Source of the DNA: Paecilomyces variotii
Taxonomy: Eukaryota
Reading direction: 5' to 3' (one strand)
Assembly: GCA_004022145.1 (NCBI GenBank)
Contig: RCNU01000004.1
DNA: 64,000 bases
Part shown: positions 13,685 through 26,820 of the stretch, piece after piece
Layout of the letters: every line of letters starts with the position of its first letter
Position numbering within the stretch: position 1 is the first letter of the stretch
Program-made: the position numbers and the translations under genes
The notes under the pieces: model-generated
Seen by the model: the letters and a program-made list of their open reading frames with translations, nothing else
Databases searched by the model: none
What the model was told of the DNA's origin: nothing

Positions 13685-14705
13685 GCCGTAGAAACATAGA
13701 AACTGCCGGAATCACGGCCAGTGCGCACCGGGAACGAATAGGAAGGCGGTCAGGTCTGCAACCACAGGCGGGCGTCGGAGTACAGATGACCGCGGCACAC
13801 AGGGACAGCGCGGGGCAGCAGTAGTATGGGAGGGGGGCTAGGAGAGCAGAGAGTCCGCGTGAGGCTGTCCCTCGACTGAGAGAGAGTGATTTGGCCGGTT
13901 GGGTCAGGTCAGGCAGGGAGACAGGCACGTCAGTCAGAGGGAGAGGAAAGGAGAGCGCGCACGGGAGGAAATCAAGGACGTCGATAGGATTTTGACGTCC
14001 TGGTCCAGTTTTTTTTTTTTTTTTTTTGTTCCTTTTCGTAGTTTCTGCACTCAAGGCACGGTCTGCTATGGGTGGAGCACAATGATCCTCAAAGACTCAG
14101 AGAGACGCGCCAGTCAGCGTCTCCTCTTGTTTGGCGGGTTTAGCGCTGCCACGGTAACTAGAAAAGAGCCACTGTATCAGTTGTATGCCAGTACATAGTG
14201 TATGTCTATGGTAGGGTCAGCCCCGATTGCCGATGCATCCCGACCGTCCTGGGGCGGAGCCAGTAGCCGACGTCATACTCCTTGCACCTCAAGCCTCTCG
14301 AGCGTCACTGTTCCCGCTATTGCCCGCTATTGTGATGCTTACCGGCCCCTCTCTCTCTCCAGGGTGAAATCAGCCATCAATCGCTAAACAGGTTGGCTCT
14401 CTCTCTCTGGGTCTCGTCATGGTCGTTGTTCAAATCTGGCAGGCTCAGCGCTCTTTCCCCATTTACTTAAGGACAGTATTGCCCTTCCCTCTTTCCTGAA
14501 TTATCCGGATTGCCATCACTTCCACTTCACGACTCAACGCCACTTCCAAGTCTCGTACTTGTCTTCCATCCAATCCTCCTTCAACTTCTGATCCAAATTA
14601 AATCAACTTCAGGACAAAAACCACTCGACACAGTCTATACCAGTACTCTCTTGGAAGACTCCACCAACCACATCTCATCCATCTCTCATCTCCATATCAG
14701 CCATC

Positions 14706-15509
14706 ATGCCTAAGGTAACCATCCCCTGTCCGACTGTCGTCCTGAGTGTCTGGGACCCACTCCGTTAACCCATTGTCTTCATGTAGATCAACCAGATCTT
14801 GCTGGACTGCGATAACACCCTCGTCCTCTCTGAGGAGCTGGCGTTCGAGGCGTGTGCAGACATCGCAAATGAAATCCTTGCCAAGCGTCAGATCACGGAT
14901 CGCTACACGGGCGAGCAGCTCATCCAGGACTTCGTTGGACAGAACTTCCGCGGCATGATGATCTCGCTTCAAGCCAAATACAAGTTCGAAATGCCTAAGG
15001 AGGAGTTTGAGCACTACGTCAAGGAGGAGGAGAACCAGGTCATTGCCAAGCTGGAAGCTAAGGCCCAGCCTTGCATTGGCGTGAACGAGGAACTGGAGAG
15101 GATCCATCGGGAGGGCAAGTACCGCATGGCAGTCGTCTCTTCATCCGCTCTCCGCCGCGTGCAAGCCTCGATCAAGAAGGTCGGCCAGGACAAGTTCTTC
15201 GACCCGACCCATGTCTTCAGCGCTGCCTCATCGCTCCCCAAGCCCACCTCGAAGCCAGACCCTGCCATCTACCTGCACGCTATGGAGAGACTGGGCGTTA
15301 AGCCTGAGCAGTGCGTCGCTGTCGAAGACAGCAAGAGTGGCGCCCTCAGTGCTATCCGTGCAGGTATTCCAGTCATTGCCTACGTTGGCAGCTACCACGG
15401 CGACCAGAAGAGGGCCGAGATGGCCAAGCAGCTGTCCGATCTTGGCGCCAAAGTGGTGATGAAGGATTGGACGGAGTTCCAGTCTTGCCTAGCGCAGATC
15501 GAGGCTTGA
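14706..15509 (+). CDS. HAD-superfamily hydrolase (phosphatase/phosphomutase-like); micro-exon ATGCCTAAG then an intron to 14787
   Basis: HAD motif I LLDCDNTLV, motif II VVSSS, motif III KPDPAIY, motif IV VAVEDSKSG. Confidence 0.92.
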
Positions 15510-17978
15510 CTAGATGGCAGATCACTTCCACTAGCTTCCCTCTGATTCCTCCCCACCTTCAACCAATCAATTTACGACCTCAAAGCGCAATGATCGTTAC
15601 GAATCGACGACGAGCGCAGCATATGTAGCCCTTCTGCGTTTTTTCCAGCTGATTCGACGGAGCGGGCTCTCTATTAGCATCATGATTTTCCCTTCTGGGT
15701 GTGATATTATTACGACTATTTCCGGTGGAGGCACCAAAAGGACTTCACACACACACACAGCCGCCTCGGGGCTATGGTTCCCAGGAACGTCGGGCGGTTA
15801 ATTTTTCACAAGTTCTCGTTCCCCATGATCCTAGACGGGTCATCAGTTACTAGGTAGACATTTTAGTTACCTCAAATAGCTTTACAAAAAAATCAGAATA
15901 AAAATTTTTAGAAGGATCACCCAAAGAGATGAATTGAACAGTACATTAGAAGTCACTTTAAGGCCGGATAGGCTCCACAAAAGATTTGCGCCGAACATCT
16001 CACCGACCGGCGACCGCTGTGTATGGGTCAAGGCTAAACTAAAGAGGAAAATAAGCTACGCATCGTCGCCCGTTAGGAAAAAAAAAAGCAAATAGGACTT
16101 TATAACCGACCTCCCAGACCCCTCTTCTATAGCACTTACAAATAAAACGATAAGAACGAATTTCAATACATTTCTGCGGAGCTTACGTATGCCTAAATCC
16201 ACATACACCAACAGGAATACGTTCTTAATCACTATCTATGTCTTCGCAGAAGTATCATAGCACAGTCTCAGCGAGTTGGCGCATGAATTTTTTCCCCCTT
16301 TACCTCGGGACGATTTTCGGTGTGTAACATGTAGTGAAATGAAATAAAATGAAATAAAATGGATACTTGTTGACTCCACTTTATGTGGAAAAGAGGGGAG
16401 TTAGTTAACTATGTATGGTATGTACCTACTGACTCTAATGGAAGTAATCCGTATCCACCTTTAACATACTGGTTAATCCGAGGTTAGTAGTACATAATAA
16501 GTATGGCCAACTTTACTAAAGTACTAGAGTAACTAGAGTAGAGTAACGTACAATGTTTACTTGGTTAACTATGGGCATAGATAAATAACAATCAGCCTTT
16601 GCTTTGGGGTGTTGCATATTGGACTATGTAGTATCGTACTCTAGTGGGATTCGGGGCCGTTCCATGATCTATTACTTTACTTTACTATAGTTTAGTTTCC
16701 TGTACTGTGCTGTAGTAATGCATGCGCATTTGAAATGCGAGTTCCGGGTTTTTTTTTTAGACTAAGTAGTTCGAGGAAGAAGGGGGTATCTATCTTGTCT
16801 TATATTACTCTGCTAACCAGTTAGTTATCTATCTATCTAACTTAACTGCATGCTTGCAATTCTGCCAGTTAGGATAGTTACCTAGGTAGTAAATACCACT
16901 TCCTGGGATTCGGAAAGCCCCGGAAACAAGTTTCTGTTGTATTATTTCTCCGAAAATGCCAGAGCTTAGTCTAATACTTACCTACCTAAGGTAGTAGTAT
17001 CCTGCATGTACGTGGGTACGCGGGTATGCATGGGTTGGTCATATGCACGCTGAAATGAGACTTAGAACAGGGACAAAGCGCGGGGTATCTAGTAGTGATT
17101 ATTATTACTTAGGTAGTAGGTAGGAAGGTAGGTAAGGTAAGTAGGTAGCGGAGCCGAGCGTCTGATGCTGTAACGTGCATATGATAGTTATAGTACGGGT
17201 TTGGTGGTGTCTTTTGAGTTTTGGGCTTTTCGAGCAGGTGATCGTTGAGGGTGGAAGGGAGAGGATGTTAAAATGGTTGTTTTCACAATTCAGAACAGAT
17301 GAGGGAGGGTTTTGAAGGTTAGTGAAGATGTATAATTCGCTTCTTGAGATGAGATTTGTTGTTTCGTTTTTATCTATTTGTTAGTATGCTCTCTGGCGAT
17401 TAAACATTACTGCCGCTCCGTTTTAAGTGTTTAGTTTCTGTCTGCCAGGTTGTTTATAGGACTCAATGTTCCAAGACGGGGTCGCGACGAGAAGCGCCAT
17501 CTCAATACCCTGGAAATAAAGAAGAAACACTACCTCATAATGCCAATACGGCTATCGGGTATCAGTGTCTAAGTGATGAACAGCATAATTCGCGTTGCCG
17601 GAGTGCTATTTGGGCCAGATATGTGCGTGATGAAGGGTATCCCTAAGAAGCTAGGTGACTTGACCTGGGTTGCAAGGCAAATTTCGCAAGAATCATATTT
17701 CTGATATGGAGATTTATGCCTGGAGGGGAATCGGTCGCGGGATGAGCGGAGATAAGATTAGGGTACTAAACCCTGAACTTGCGATGAGGTCACTGCTGCC
17801 GGCCGGAGCCCCTCACCGATTCAGTATCAATCAGTCTTATCGTTGGAACAATCCAGTGTCACATTCAATATTGCTCACTCCCAGTTTCAGACCACAAGCT
17901 TCCATTAGATATCTATCTCTCTCCATTAACCTCTTCCCTGAGTGCTGTTTCTTCTCTGCCTTTCTGCTTCCGGGAAAT

Positions 17979-19257
17979 ATGTCTGCTCCTTCTAGACAGG
18001 AGAGCGCCTCGAAGCTCATCTCGCGAGAACCATTGGTACGGGATATCGCGTAGCCATACTTTGGCGGGTTCCTTTCTTCTTTGTCGGCTGGATTGTCCAG
18101 TCGGATTTTGTTTACTTATCTTTGTTAAATCATCCATCCCATTTGGGATGTTGCTGGAATATTATATACGTCTCTGAGCTGACCAGAATGTCGGACCGTA
18201 GGATCCTGCTGAGGCCAAATGGATAAGGTTGGTCAAATGCACCTACACTGATCCGCTAGGAGTACAGCGGATATGGGAATCGGCCGAGCGACAGGTGAGT
18301 TCATAACTAGATTGTCCTTCTGATATTCTTGCTACAGTTTGAAGTCTTCCTGTCGTGTCATTCCCTGTAATTATTTTCATATGTTGCTCAGATAAATGCA
18401 AGGTGGATGGTGTTGATCCGCGTGGTTGATGCCCTATTGGGAACGGGAGATGTTTGCGTGGAGTTTTGTTGCAACTACTTAAGAGTTCTTCTCATCAAAG
18501 CGATGTGGGATGTTTATCGAGACTCTATTTGAGCCACCGTCTTCGGTTAAAACCCCAACTGCCATGACACAACCATCATTTCGTGTCCTTTTGCCAACGA
18601 AGCTCACATATAAGGACCTTGCTTGGCCTGAGTGCTAGGGACAATCGAGTATGGATCATGAAAATAGTTGATTCATTTGCTGACGTGACGTCTTCCTCAA
18701 CAGTCGCGCCCAAAGAACGCGCTCATTGACGCCGTAGGAATTGTTGCACTCCTCCAGAAGGACACCGGTCCCGAATTGCTCCTACAGAAACAATACAGAG
18801 CCCCGCTTGATAAAGTCACTATCGAGGTTCCCGCCGGCCTCTTAGATGAGGGCGAAACGGCTGAGGAATGCGCCGTGCGCGAGCTAAGAGAAGAGACTGG
18901 ATACGTCGGAGTCGCCGAGAAGACAAGTACCATTCTGTATAATGGTATGTACTCGAATGTGCTTCGACATAGCAACATTGTAATCGTTTGTAAATCCTGA
19001 TATCCGACTCAACAGATCCCGGATTCTGCAACACAAATGAAAATCTGGTCCACGTCCGCGTCGATATGTCTCTACCCGAGAACCAGAACCCAGAGCCGCA
19101 GCTCGAAGACAACGAGTTCATTGAGTGTTTTACCGTGCCGGTGAACAATTTGTTCGAGGAGATTAAAAAGCTCGACAAACAGGGCTATGCAATCGATGGT
19201 CGAGTCGGCTTACTAGCTGAAGGAATCGAGCTCGCGAAAAGGCTGGGTCTGCGGTAA
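17979..19257 (+). CDS. YSA1: ADP-ribose pyrophosphatase (Ysa1/NUDT5-type Nudix hydrolase), 4 exons
   Basis: Exons 17979-18035, 18202-18294 (AKWIRLVKCTYTDPLGVQRIWESAER), 18704-~18944 (QYRAPLDKVTIEVPAGLLDEGETAEECAVRELREETGY, the Nudix box) and a last exon DPGFCNTN...LEDNEFIE. Confidence 0.88.
18369..18669 (+). ncRNA. Candidate structured intronic RNA element in YSA1 intron 2
   Basis: Nested complementary segments: 18369-80/18658-69, 18387-91/18628-32, 18398-404/18616-22 and 18406-11/18572-77, plus inner hairpins. Family not identified. Confidence 0.45.
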
Positions 19258-19536
19258 GAAGAGAGAAAGGATTTTGTAGGCCGTGTTCGCTTTCCTTTTT
19301 TATCATGATACCTTGCGCACATGTTGGATAGTAGACATAGAGGGGATCCTGTTATGATTATACATCTCTCGTTCCTGGAAATTTACTCACTCTCCACTTC
19401 TCAATCGCTCAGTGAGCAAGCAGTCCGCATCGTCACGGATTCATAGTTTTTGTCCCGCTATAGATACAGGGTCCTCTCCGAATCGAGATAGAGTTGAGTG
19501 TGAAAATATGCTCTGGACCTGCCGTGTTTCAGACCG

Positions 19537-20516
19537 TCACAAGCGTCCTTCCCGCTTCAAACCATTATAGAGGGCCCAAGCAGCTAAACTCTTGCCATCC
19601 CTTACGCACTCCTTCCACAGCTGCTCCAGGGGAACAACTTTCAGGGTGATCTTTTCTCCATGTGACCTCAAGCCAGTCAGGCGACCCTGCAACCCATCTA
19701 TATCCTTCCGCGGCATGCGTTTCTGGCATAGAAAAAGCGGTATGAACTCATCACTTCCTCCGGGCGATGGGTACATGCCCTTTTGCAGTTCCTCGCCGTC
19801 TGCCTGCTGTGGTAGCAATCCAAGCGCTAGCGATGTCATGTCGATAAGCTCATTCTGCGGAATTTTGAGCCCAGTCTCCTCCTCGATCTCCTTTGCAGCA
19901 CCGCCGGCGAAGGTACCACTGTCGTCGAGCATTCCAGCGGGAATTTCAGAGAATGCGAGAGACCCCGCTGGTATACGGGGCTGAATGGTCAAGATGACAC
20001 GCTTTCCATCTTCGGAGGACTCGGGTATATCGCCAGGTTGGAGGACGAGCTGGAATGAGGGGAATGTCCGGATTAGGAAATAAGCTCGCCAAGTGGAAAC
20101 ACTCCTGTGAAACTTACCAGCATACCGACACTGCCGCCTCGCAAGAACACACTGCCTGGAAGTGTTTCACCCTGATCGTTGGAGACTTCGGCTTTGAGTT
20201 TCAGGAATCCTAGCCGGCCACCTTTGAAATAATCCACCGCTTGAATGTCGACTTTCCGTAGCACATAGGGCGCCGCGTGAAACTCATGATGTTCGTTCTG
20301 TTGTCTCGTCAAAGAGCGCTGTAAGGTTGAGAACCAGATGTTAAAAGCTGGGAATGCCAGTAATTGTTCTTTTGAGAGATCGGCTGTAGAGTTGACGGTG
20401 ACTGGAGCATCGCGCTCTGTCTGGATCGTGAAGCTTGTCATCATTCGTCGTGCCGTCAGTGACGGGATAACGCTTGGTTTCAAATGGCGAGCGGTCAACC
20501 ACAACCTCGAACGCAT
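19537..20516 (-). CDS. Nudix hydrolase, NUDX14-like (ADP-sugar pyrophosphatase type), one intron near 20052-20118
   Basis: LPGSVFLRGGSVGML, TIQPRIPAGSLAFSEIPAGMLDDSGTFAGGAAKEIEEETGL, YPSPGGSDEFI and GEKITLKVVPL. Confidence 0.88.
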
Positions 20517-21746
20517 GAATGTGGAGAAACGATTCGGTGTATTTCATGTCCTCGAGCAGTGGCTGTGTCTGGCACGAGTGCTTTAAGCAACGTCGCTATC
20601 GGTTAACTCCTATTAAGTTATCGCATCATGTTCATGGATGAGAGCAACAAGGTAAAGCTCTCTCTTGGCAGAGCCTACTAACCTAAGTACGGCGGATGAC
20701 GTCGGTGCACAACGCGGGCGGAAACAATCACCTAAACTTTCGAACTATTATATGACCGGCGATGTTGCAGTCCAGGTCCGGATGAGAGTCGCACTGATAA
20801 GGAGGAATTCAGCCGTGCAGGGAGGGAGAATCGACCGCGAGAGAACCACGGATTCGTTCCAGCCCGTACTTTTACAGTACAGTACTTACTTACTTAGCGG
20901 ACTCGCGGGAGTCCGGATCTCTCGAGTCGATCTATGCGATGCCCGTATCATATCACATCCACCGTCCTCCGTAATAATAATCCAGACATAGCGCATGCTG
21001 TAGCTGATCGGCTCCGTTTCCCCTCATCCTGCGGGGTCAGGCGTTCGGTTCGCGAGACCATGCTACAATTTCGGGAGCTCTCAGCAGGCGCCACAACTGG
21101 GATCTAGCCTTGAACGACGCAGCGACGAGGTACTCTTGGGACGGACTCCGTTCCGTCCGCGTGGCGGGCCTGTTTTTAGCTAAGAAGAGCCCTGGAGCAA
21201 GATGTCCTGGTACTCCAGCTGGCACAGCTTGCGTGCAAACGTTGTTCGGACGTCAGCCCGTCGTCCGCTTGCTTCGTGGCCGGCCAGCACGTTGTGCCAA
21301 AAGCCCTGCCATCGCAGACTCGAATCCTCCAGTCGAAGTGGCATCAAGAGAAAGACCTTAGCTTTGGAGGTAGACCGTCGATGGTGGTAGTAGTAACGCT
21401 GCCAGTCTCGATCGTCCATCTCGCTGGGAACGAACTGATCAGGTCGTGCGGTCATCACTCCACCTGAATCCGGACCACCAGGGCTTATATGTGACTCTCG
21501 CCGTGGTCATTCCCATGAAGACCACTTGAGCCTCAGGTGACCTTGGATTGATCTATTCTCATATACTGGGCTGCTTACTGACACATGGTTGAAGGGTCTT
21601 GTCGCATGCTTGTGAGTACTCCCGTAACATCGAGGCGGAACCAACACACACACACGCAGGGCTGAGTATCGGGGACTGCAGTCCAACAACAAAAGACAGA
21701 CCGTTTCCCTCGACGTTCTGACTTTTGATTAACTCCACAGCGAAAC

Positions 21747-23953
21747 ATGTCCACTTGGACCTCCCTCCCAACTACCTCTTGCGTGCATAAATACGCTTCT
21801 GGGTGCTTGCTCCCAACCCAGTCTATCTGCTGCTTCTGTGCCGACTACTGCAGCAGCTCCTCTGCGCCTGGCTATCTGCCAATCCTCGACGAGAGAACTA
21901 GAACCGCGTATAACTCGACGCGCTACGCCAAATATTGCTGGAAGTGTCAGGGTCAGTATTTGCAACCGTACTAACACCGACACGATTCCTTGGTTTCTGC
22001 GTCTCCACGTTCGTTGGCCCCCCTACTGTTTCCTATATTGCTATTCACCAATTCAGTAAATACGATTTTTCTTTCTTTGTCTGTACAAGGCTCGATAGCT
22101 CCTTTCTGTACACTTAACACTTGTGTGCACTCGCTTATCAACCATTCATTTCTAGAATACTGGGGCGCCCGACACGCCTCGCAGTTCCGTCCAGCTTCTC
22201 TAGCGACTTCAAATCTTACAGCGAACTTGCCAGAGATTCATTCGCGCAGCTTGCATTCTGATCCTAGATCGCAAGCTGCTGCCTTCGCGGGTTCAGGAAT
22301 TCCTTCTGTTCCTGGCGGGTCCCAGAGGTCTCTCTATCCCCGTTGCAATAATATAACGGCTCTCAGAGAAGAACTCCAAGCCATCAATACTGGAATTGCC
22401 AGAGCTCTCTGCAGTCTGCAAGATCTTGGGAGCCAGCTGTCCTCTTACCGGTCCTTACAGAGCGTCCAAGGCATCATGCCCTCAGCCAACATGGAGACAG
22501 TTCAGCCTGCCGGCTTGAACAACACTGATCCGCAGATATCTACAGAGCAAAATGCGTACAATACAGAGATGTGGAACCAGGCCCATAATACTGCTCATCG
22601 AACTTCAATCAGTACTGCGCCCTCTGAAACGCCTAACAATGCTGAAGGTCCGGTCTCTAGCTCCTCCGCTTAGATCTCATTTCCATTGAATGTGTTATAT
22701 TAACTGTGCAGTAGAAACCCAAAATGGGAATGCGCCCAGAGTTATGGCGCCTTTCTGGACTGGCGTGAATGGCCCATCTCCCGCCCCAGTTTCGCAGCAG
22801 TCAACTACTACATCAACTTCTGCGGGCCCCGGGACCGAATCTGGCAATAATGAGACTCCAACTCACGGTGCATCTACTCACGAATGGCGTCCAGCCGTAG
22901 CGAATAGCTGGGCGGAATATAACCGTATTGAAACCCACAGACGCTCACAGGCACAAACCGCTACCCAAGTACTGGGAGTGCCGACGCTGTATGCTAACAA
23001 CCATCAAGCCTACCAACATATGGCGGGAACCTTGCAGCAACTAGGCCCTCATTTTGTGCCTCCAGGATATTCACTCGTTCCGCAAGCTTCGTTCGGATAC
23101 GCATCTCCAGCCGAGACACAACATGCATCGAGTTATAGACTGCCCCCTCTTGCCTATCCCCGCGCAAATCCACATGTGGCCCTTCCACGTCCGGAAATAT
23201 CCAGCTCTGTCGCTCAGCAGCGAGGGCATGAAAGTCAATCCTCTGATGGAAATATCACAATCGGATCCGGAGCAAACCCACCACAGAATCTGAACAGTCG
23301 TCGGCGTGCAAGGCGCCCGGATGATCCAGGATTCCAGCACTCGAGACGTCCCTCCCCTCCGCAATATGAGGGAATTGCAACACAGCCGACAAACGCACAG
23401 TTCGCTGAGATGCCAGGTCCAGTTCCAGTTCCAGCCGCTGGAACTTACGTGTCCTATCCGGCACTCACTGCACGCCAACACGCTTTGATAACGCGGCAGA
23501 TACAAATGAACAGTGTTCTGCGCGCTATGCGCCCTGAGGATGTCGAAGCTCTGCGAATGTATGAAGAGGGTATTGCTCGAGGCAGGCGCTTTCATACGGC
23601 ACACACTGCTGCCGAGGAGCCTCCTTCGAAGGGCCTGGACAACCAGAATGACGGGAGACCAGAACCTAAAGAAGCGGAGGAGATGAATGTGAGCTTGGAA
23701 TGCAAAGTTTGTCTGAGTCAACTCGTAGATACAGTCTTGATTCCCTGTGGTCATGCTGTTCTCTGTCGTTGGTGTGCAAACCAACACATGCCATCGAGCA
23801 GAGCCGACCATACACGTCCCAAAAAGCCCGCGGCATGTCCAATGTGTCGGAAGCCCGTGAAACAGAAGGTGAGTATTCCCGATACTGAATGTACGTGTAC
23901 GGTTGGGTCAGATTATCCTGACATCGATCTAGTTCCGAATCTACCTATCTTGA
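21747..23953 (+). CDS. C-terminal C3HC4 RING-finger protein (putative E3 ligase) with a Cys/His-rich N-terminal exon
   Basis: RING CKVCLSQLVDTVLIPCGHAVLCRWC...CPMCRKPV. Terminal micro-exon 23933-23953 (FRIYLS*). First exon 21747-~21951 (CVHKY...CCFCAD...YCWKCQ) splices in frame to EYWGARH at ~22155. Confidence 0.8.
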
Positions 23954-26383
23954 TCAATCAGCGGTCGTTGACCAAGATCTATCGACAGTGCACAAGGAAA
24001 CTTAGAATCCATCAGCAGTCCCTTTCTCATCCTTGTTTTTTTCTATGCATTCGCATTTTCTTTAGGCTTGCATAGCATGGCGTTACTGGTGTTCCACGGT
24101 TCATGCTCTACTATCCATTACCAGATAAGGTGCATCAATGCCCGAGTCTACTTTGCACATGGTTTCTTTTCGTCCACTAGACGACATCGAATAATAGCAC
24201 CGGCGCTCCCTTCTCCAAGTTCTTTCTTTAGCACAGCGGCAGCTTGCATCATCTCACGAACCCCCCAGGCTCATCTTCTCATTCTCTGTCAAAAAGGGCG
24301 TAAGTGTCCAATCTCACGGGCGCATGTGTCTCAATGGTTTTACAATCTCTCTTCTTCTTTTCTGCTTTATCGGAACAGTATTTCTATTTTTACGACTGTA
24401 CGGCCTCCTCATCAATTCCAATCCATTCCTTTCCAATTCACGTTTCCAACTTGCCTTCCCCCTAAGAAAAAATAAAAAGCAGAGATTGTTCGTCGTCTGC
24501 AGGTGAAAGACTCGTCAGAGATAATGCACTAATTCAGCCAATGCATCATCCTAACTGCAGTTAATCTCCCTGTTTCATCATACATGCTGCCTAAATCTGC
24601 TCAGATTGTCCCTAGCTAGATACTTGGTTAGCAATACACGTCCTTTGAACAGATTATCGTCTTTAGTTTATCACCCCGTATGGATGTATAGCATGGTCTA
24701 TACGTACCGATCATGTCCTGGTCCCTTAGTTTTAAAACGATGTCGAATATGCAGTGTAGCACTATGATCCTGCTGCAACACTACGGTCCAGCATAACATC
24801 GATGTCTCGTAAATTGTTGATTCCTCGACGACAATATACTCCTACTCAGGTCTTGCCCATATGAAGATTATTTACAGAAGGCCAGATGAGATAAGTAAAA
24901 GATAGATCGAGCTTCTGAATTAGCACCTTAGTCACCTGCTATAAGATGCCCTTTCTACTCGTTCCATATTACATGTAGGCTAATTCTTAGTTAGCACTAT
25001 ACACGGTTAAGTGTAAACAACAGTTTGATATTGGATATATTCTCCCATGAAGCAATCAAAACGTGATATATCCGGATATATTAGAATGAATAGAGTAATA
25101 TAGACTTCATAATCTCTTGTTTTGTGTACGACCACTTGCCGTTCACCGGATTTCCTTTTCGGGATGTTCTACCTAGACGCACTTGCGAGATATAGATACC
25201 TATAATGCTTCCCCGTCTACTTTTCAACATGATCTACCTACAGAATATATTTCAAGGTTGATTTACCACTCTTTGAAAGACGCAATTTTTGCAAATCATC
25301 CCTGAACTCCCGCGGTCTTGACTGCCTACGTGATCAGGCTGCAGCTGGAATGGCCTCATGACAAATGATGAGGTGGGATGATGAACAATATCTCTCGAAG
25401 GATCGCATGGATTCTAAAAAAGTCCGCTTAATCTTATTTCGGCTGACCGGGGGCGCTAGATTGGTGTCAGACGAGGTTTTGGGAGGCTCGAGGGTTGTCG
25501 GCAATGAGATATACCGCAGTGAAGATATAGCTATGGACTAGTGGTGGTGTTGAACAAGGTTTCTTGGAATCCGGAAATGAACGGAGATATCGTGATGGGG
25601 CTATAAGCCTTATCTATTCACTATGAGACAGCCTTATGTTGTGCGCCAAGTGTAAGTCTAGAGTACCCAAGTAGGCATGGATCGGATACAGTGCGCAACG
25701 CTCGTGTCAGCATGCCAACGTGGAGTGAATTTCCATGCATAATTCCTGCTTCGATGACATGTCAACAAAGGGAAGTTTCGGCAAGACCGTGTTCTAGAAC
25801 CTTGAGTGATATAGTAGATAAAAGGACCGATTGGAAATCAATAGTCTGACCCTCGGTGTATATGTCATATGTATACTGTAGGATCTGCTGCATCTGACTA
25901 TCTACAGTAATTATTACGAGATGCCACGAAACTAGAAACTCACTGAACACGAGAGAATCTGAACTTTCACGTCATAAAAGAGGCGTGGAGGTGCACATGG
26001 CGGGGGGGGGGGTTTGCATACATGCAGGCAGGTCATCCTGTAGGTAACCTCATCAGCCTGCACTAGGCCACAACTCTCGGAGCTTAGTTACCTACTTATA
26101 TGACAGATGAAACGTACGGATTTCTGAAGAAGGGTGGGGGCCCTTTCTTCAGCTGTTCCTGTCAGTGTTTAGCTTTCTTTGCGTTTACGTATGAGGCTAT
26201 CATTTCGAGGGCGAGCAGCAAGACCTGCAACTAGCCGTCAATATAGGAGGTCATGGGGAGGCTGGATCTCGCTGAGAGTGTGTAGGAACTGGTCAGCTGT
26301 GAATCTAACCGGCAATCCAATCCTCCAGGATCAGTTGCAAGGGGCTCCCGCAATTTTGTGGCTCGGTCATCTTGAAGATGTTA

Positions 26384-26820
26384 ACATAATTCCCTACCGA
26401 CCGGATCACCCGCCCAAGCGGATCAGTGCCGTATTACATACAAAATAGCCCTTTTTTAAACCAAAATATCTCAACAACCATATGTCTAGTATATATAATA
26501 CTTAATATATAGCTTTCTATAATAGTAAACTTTCATATATTAAGATTTTAGGCTCTAAAAATTGCTTATTATCCAGGTAATATAAATTACTATTGTAATT
26601 TTCATAATTATATTCTACTTAAGATATCTAAAGAATGGTAAGACTTAAGCAGATAAAATTAGATATATATAATCTTAATAATATATATTTTGTATATACC
26701 TATTCTGATAACCTTTGGATACTTGGTTGTTGAGATATTTTGGTTTAAAAAAGGGCTATTTTGTATGTGATACGGCACTGATCCGCTTGGGCGGGTGATC
26801 CGGTCGGTAGGGAATTACGT
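26384..26820. mobile_element. MITE-1: 437-bp non-autonomous pogo/Fot1 (Tc1-mariner) element, Vader-like
   Basis: 97-bp TIRs (26384-26480 and 26724-26820) with 2 mismatches, starting AC(G/A)TAATTCCC. TA at both flanks (26382-83, 26821-22). AT-rich non-coding core. Confidence 0.93.

Noticed and set aside
15761-15864. Two small hairpins ending in ACA-TTT downstream of the HAD gene (H/ACA snoRNA-like)
   Set aside because: No clear H box and the stems are short. Compatible with chance structure in a 3' UTR.
15900-17500. AT-rich spacer with recurring TAGGTA/TACCTA and TAGT motifs
   Set aside because: No TIR, LTR or regular periodicity. It looks like ordinary low-complexity intergenic DNA.
21037-21470. 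GC-rich cluster of short overlapping ORFs upstream of the RING gene
   Set aside because: No family motifs or consistent splice structure. Probably promoter or 5' UTR.
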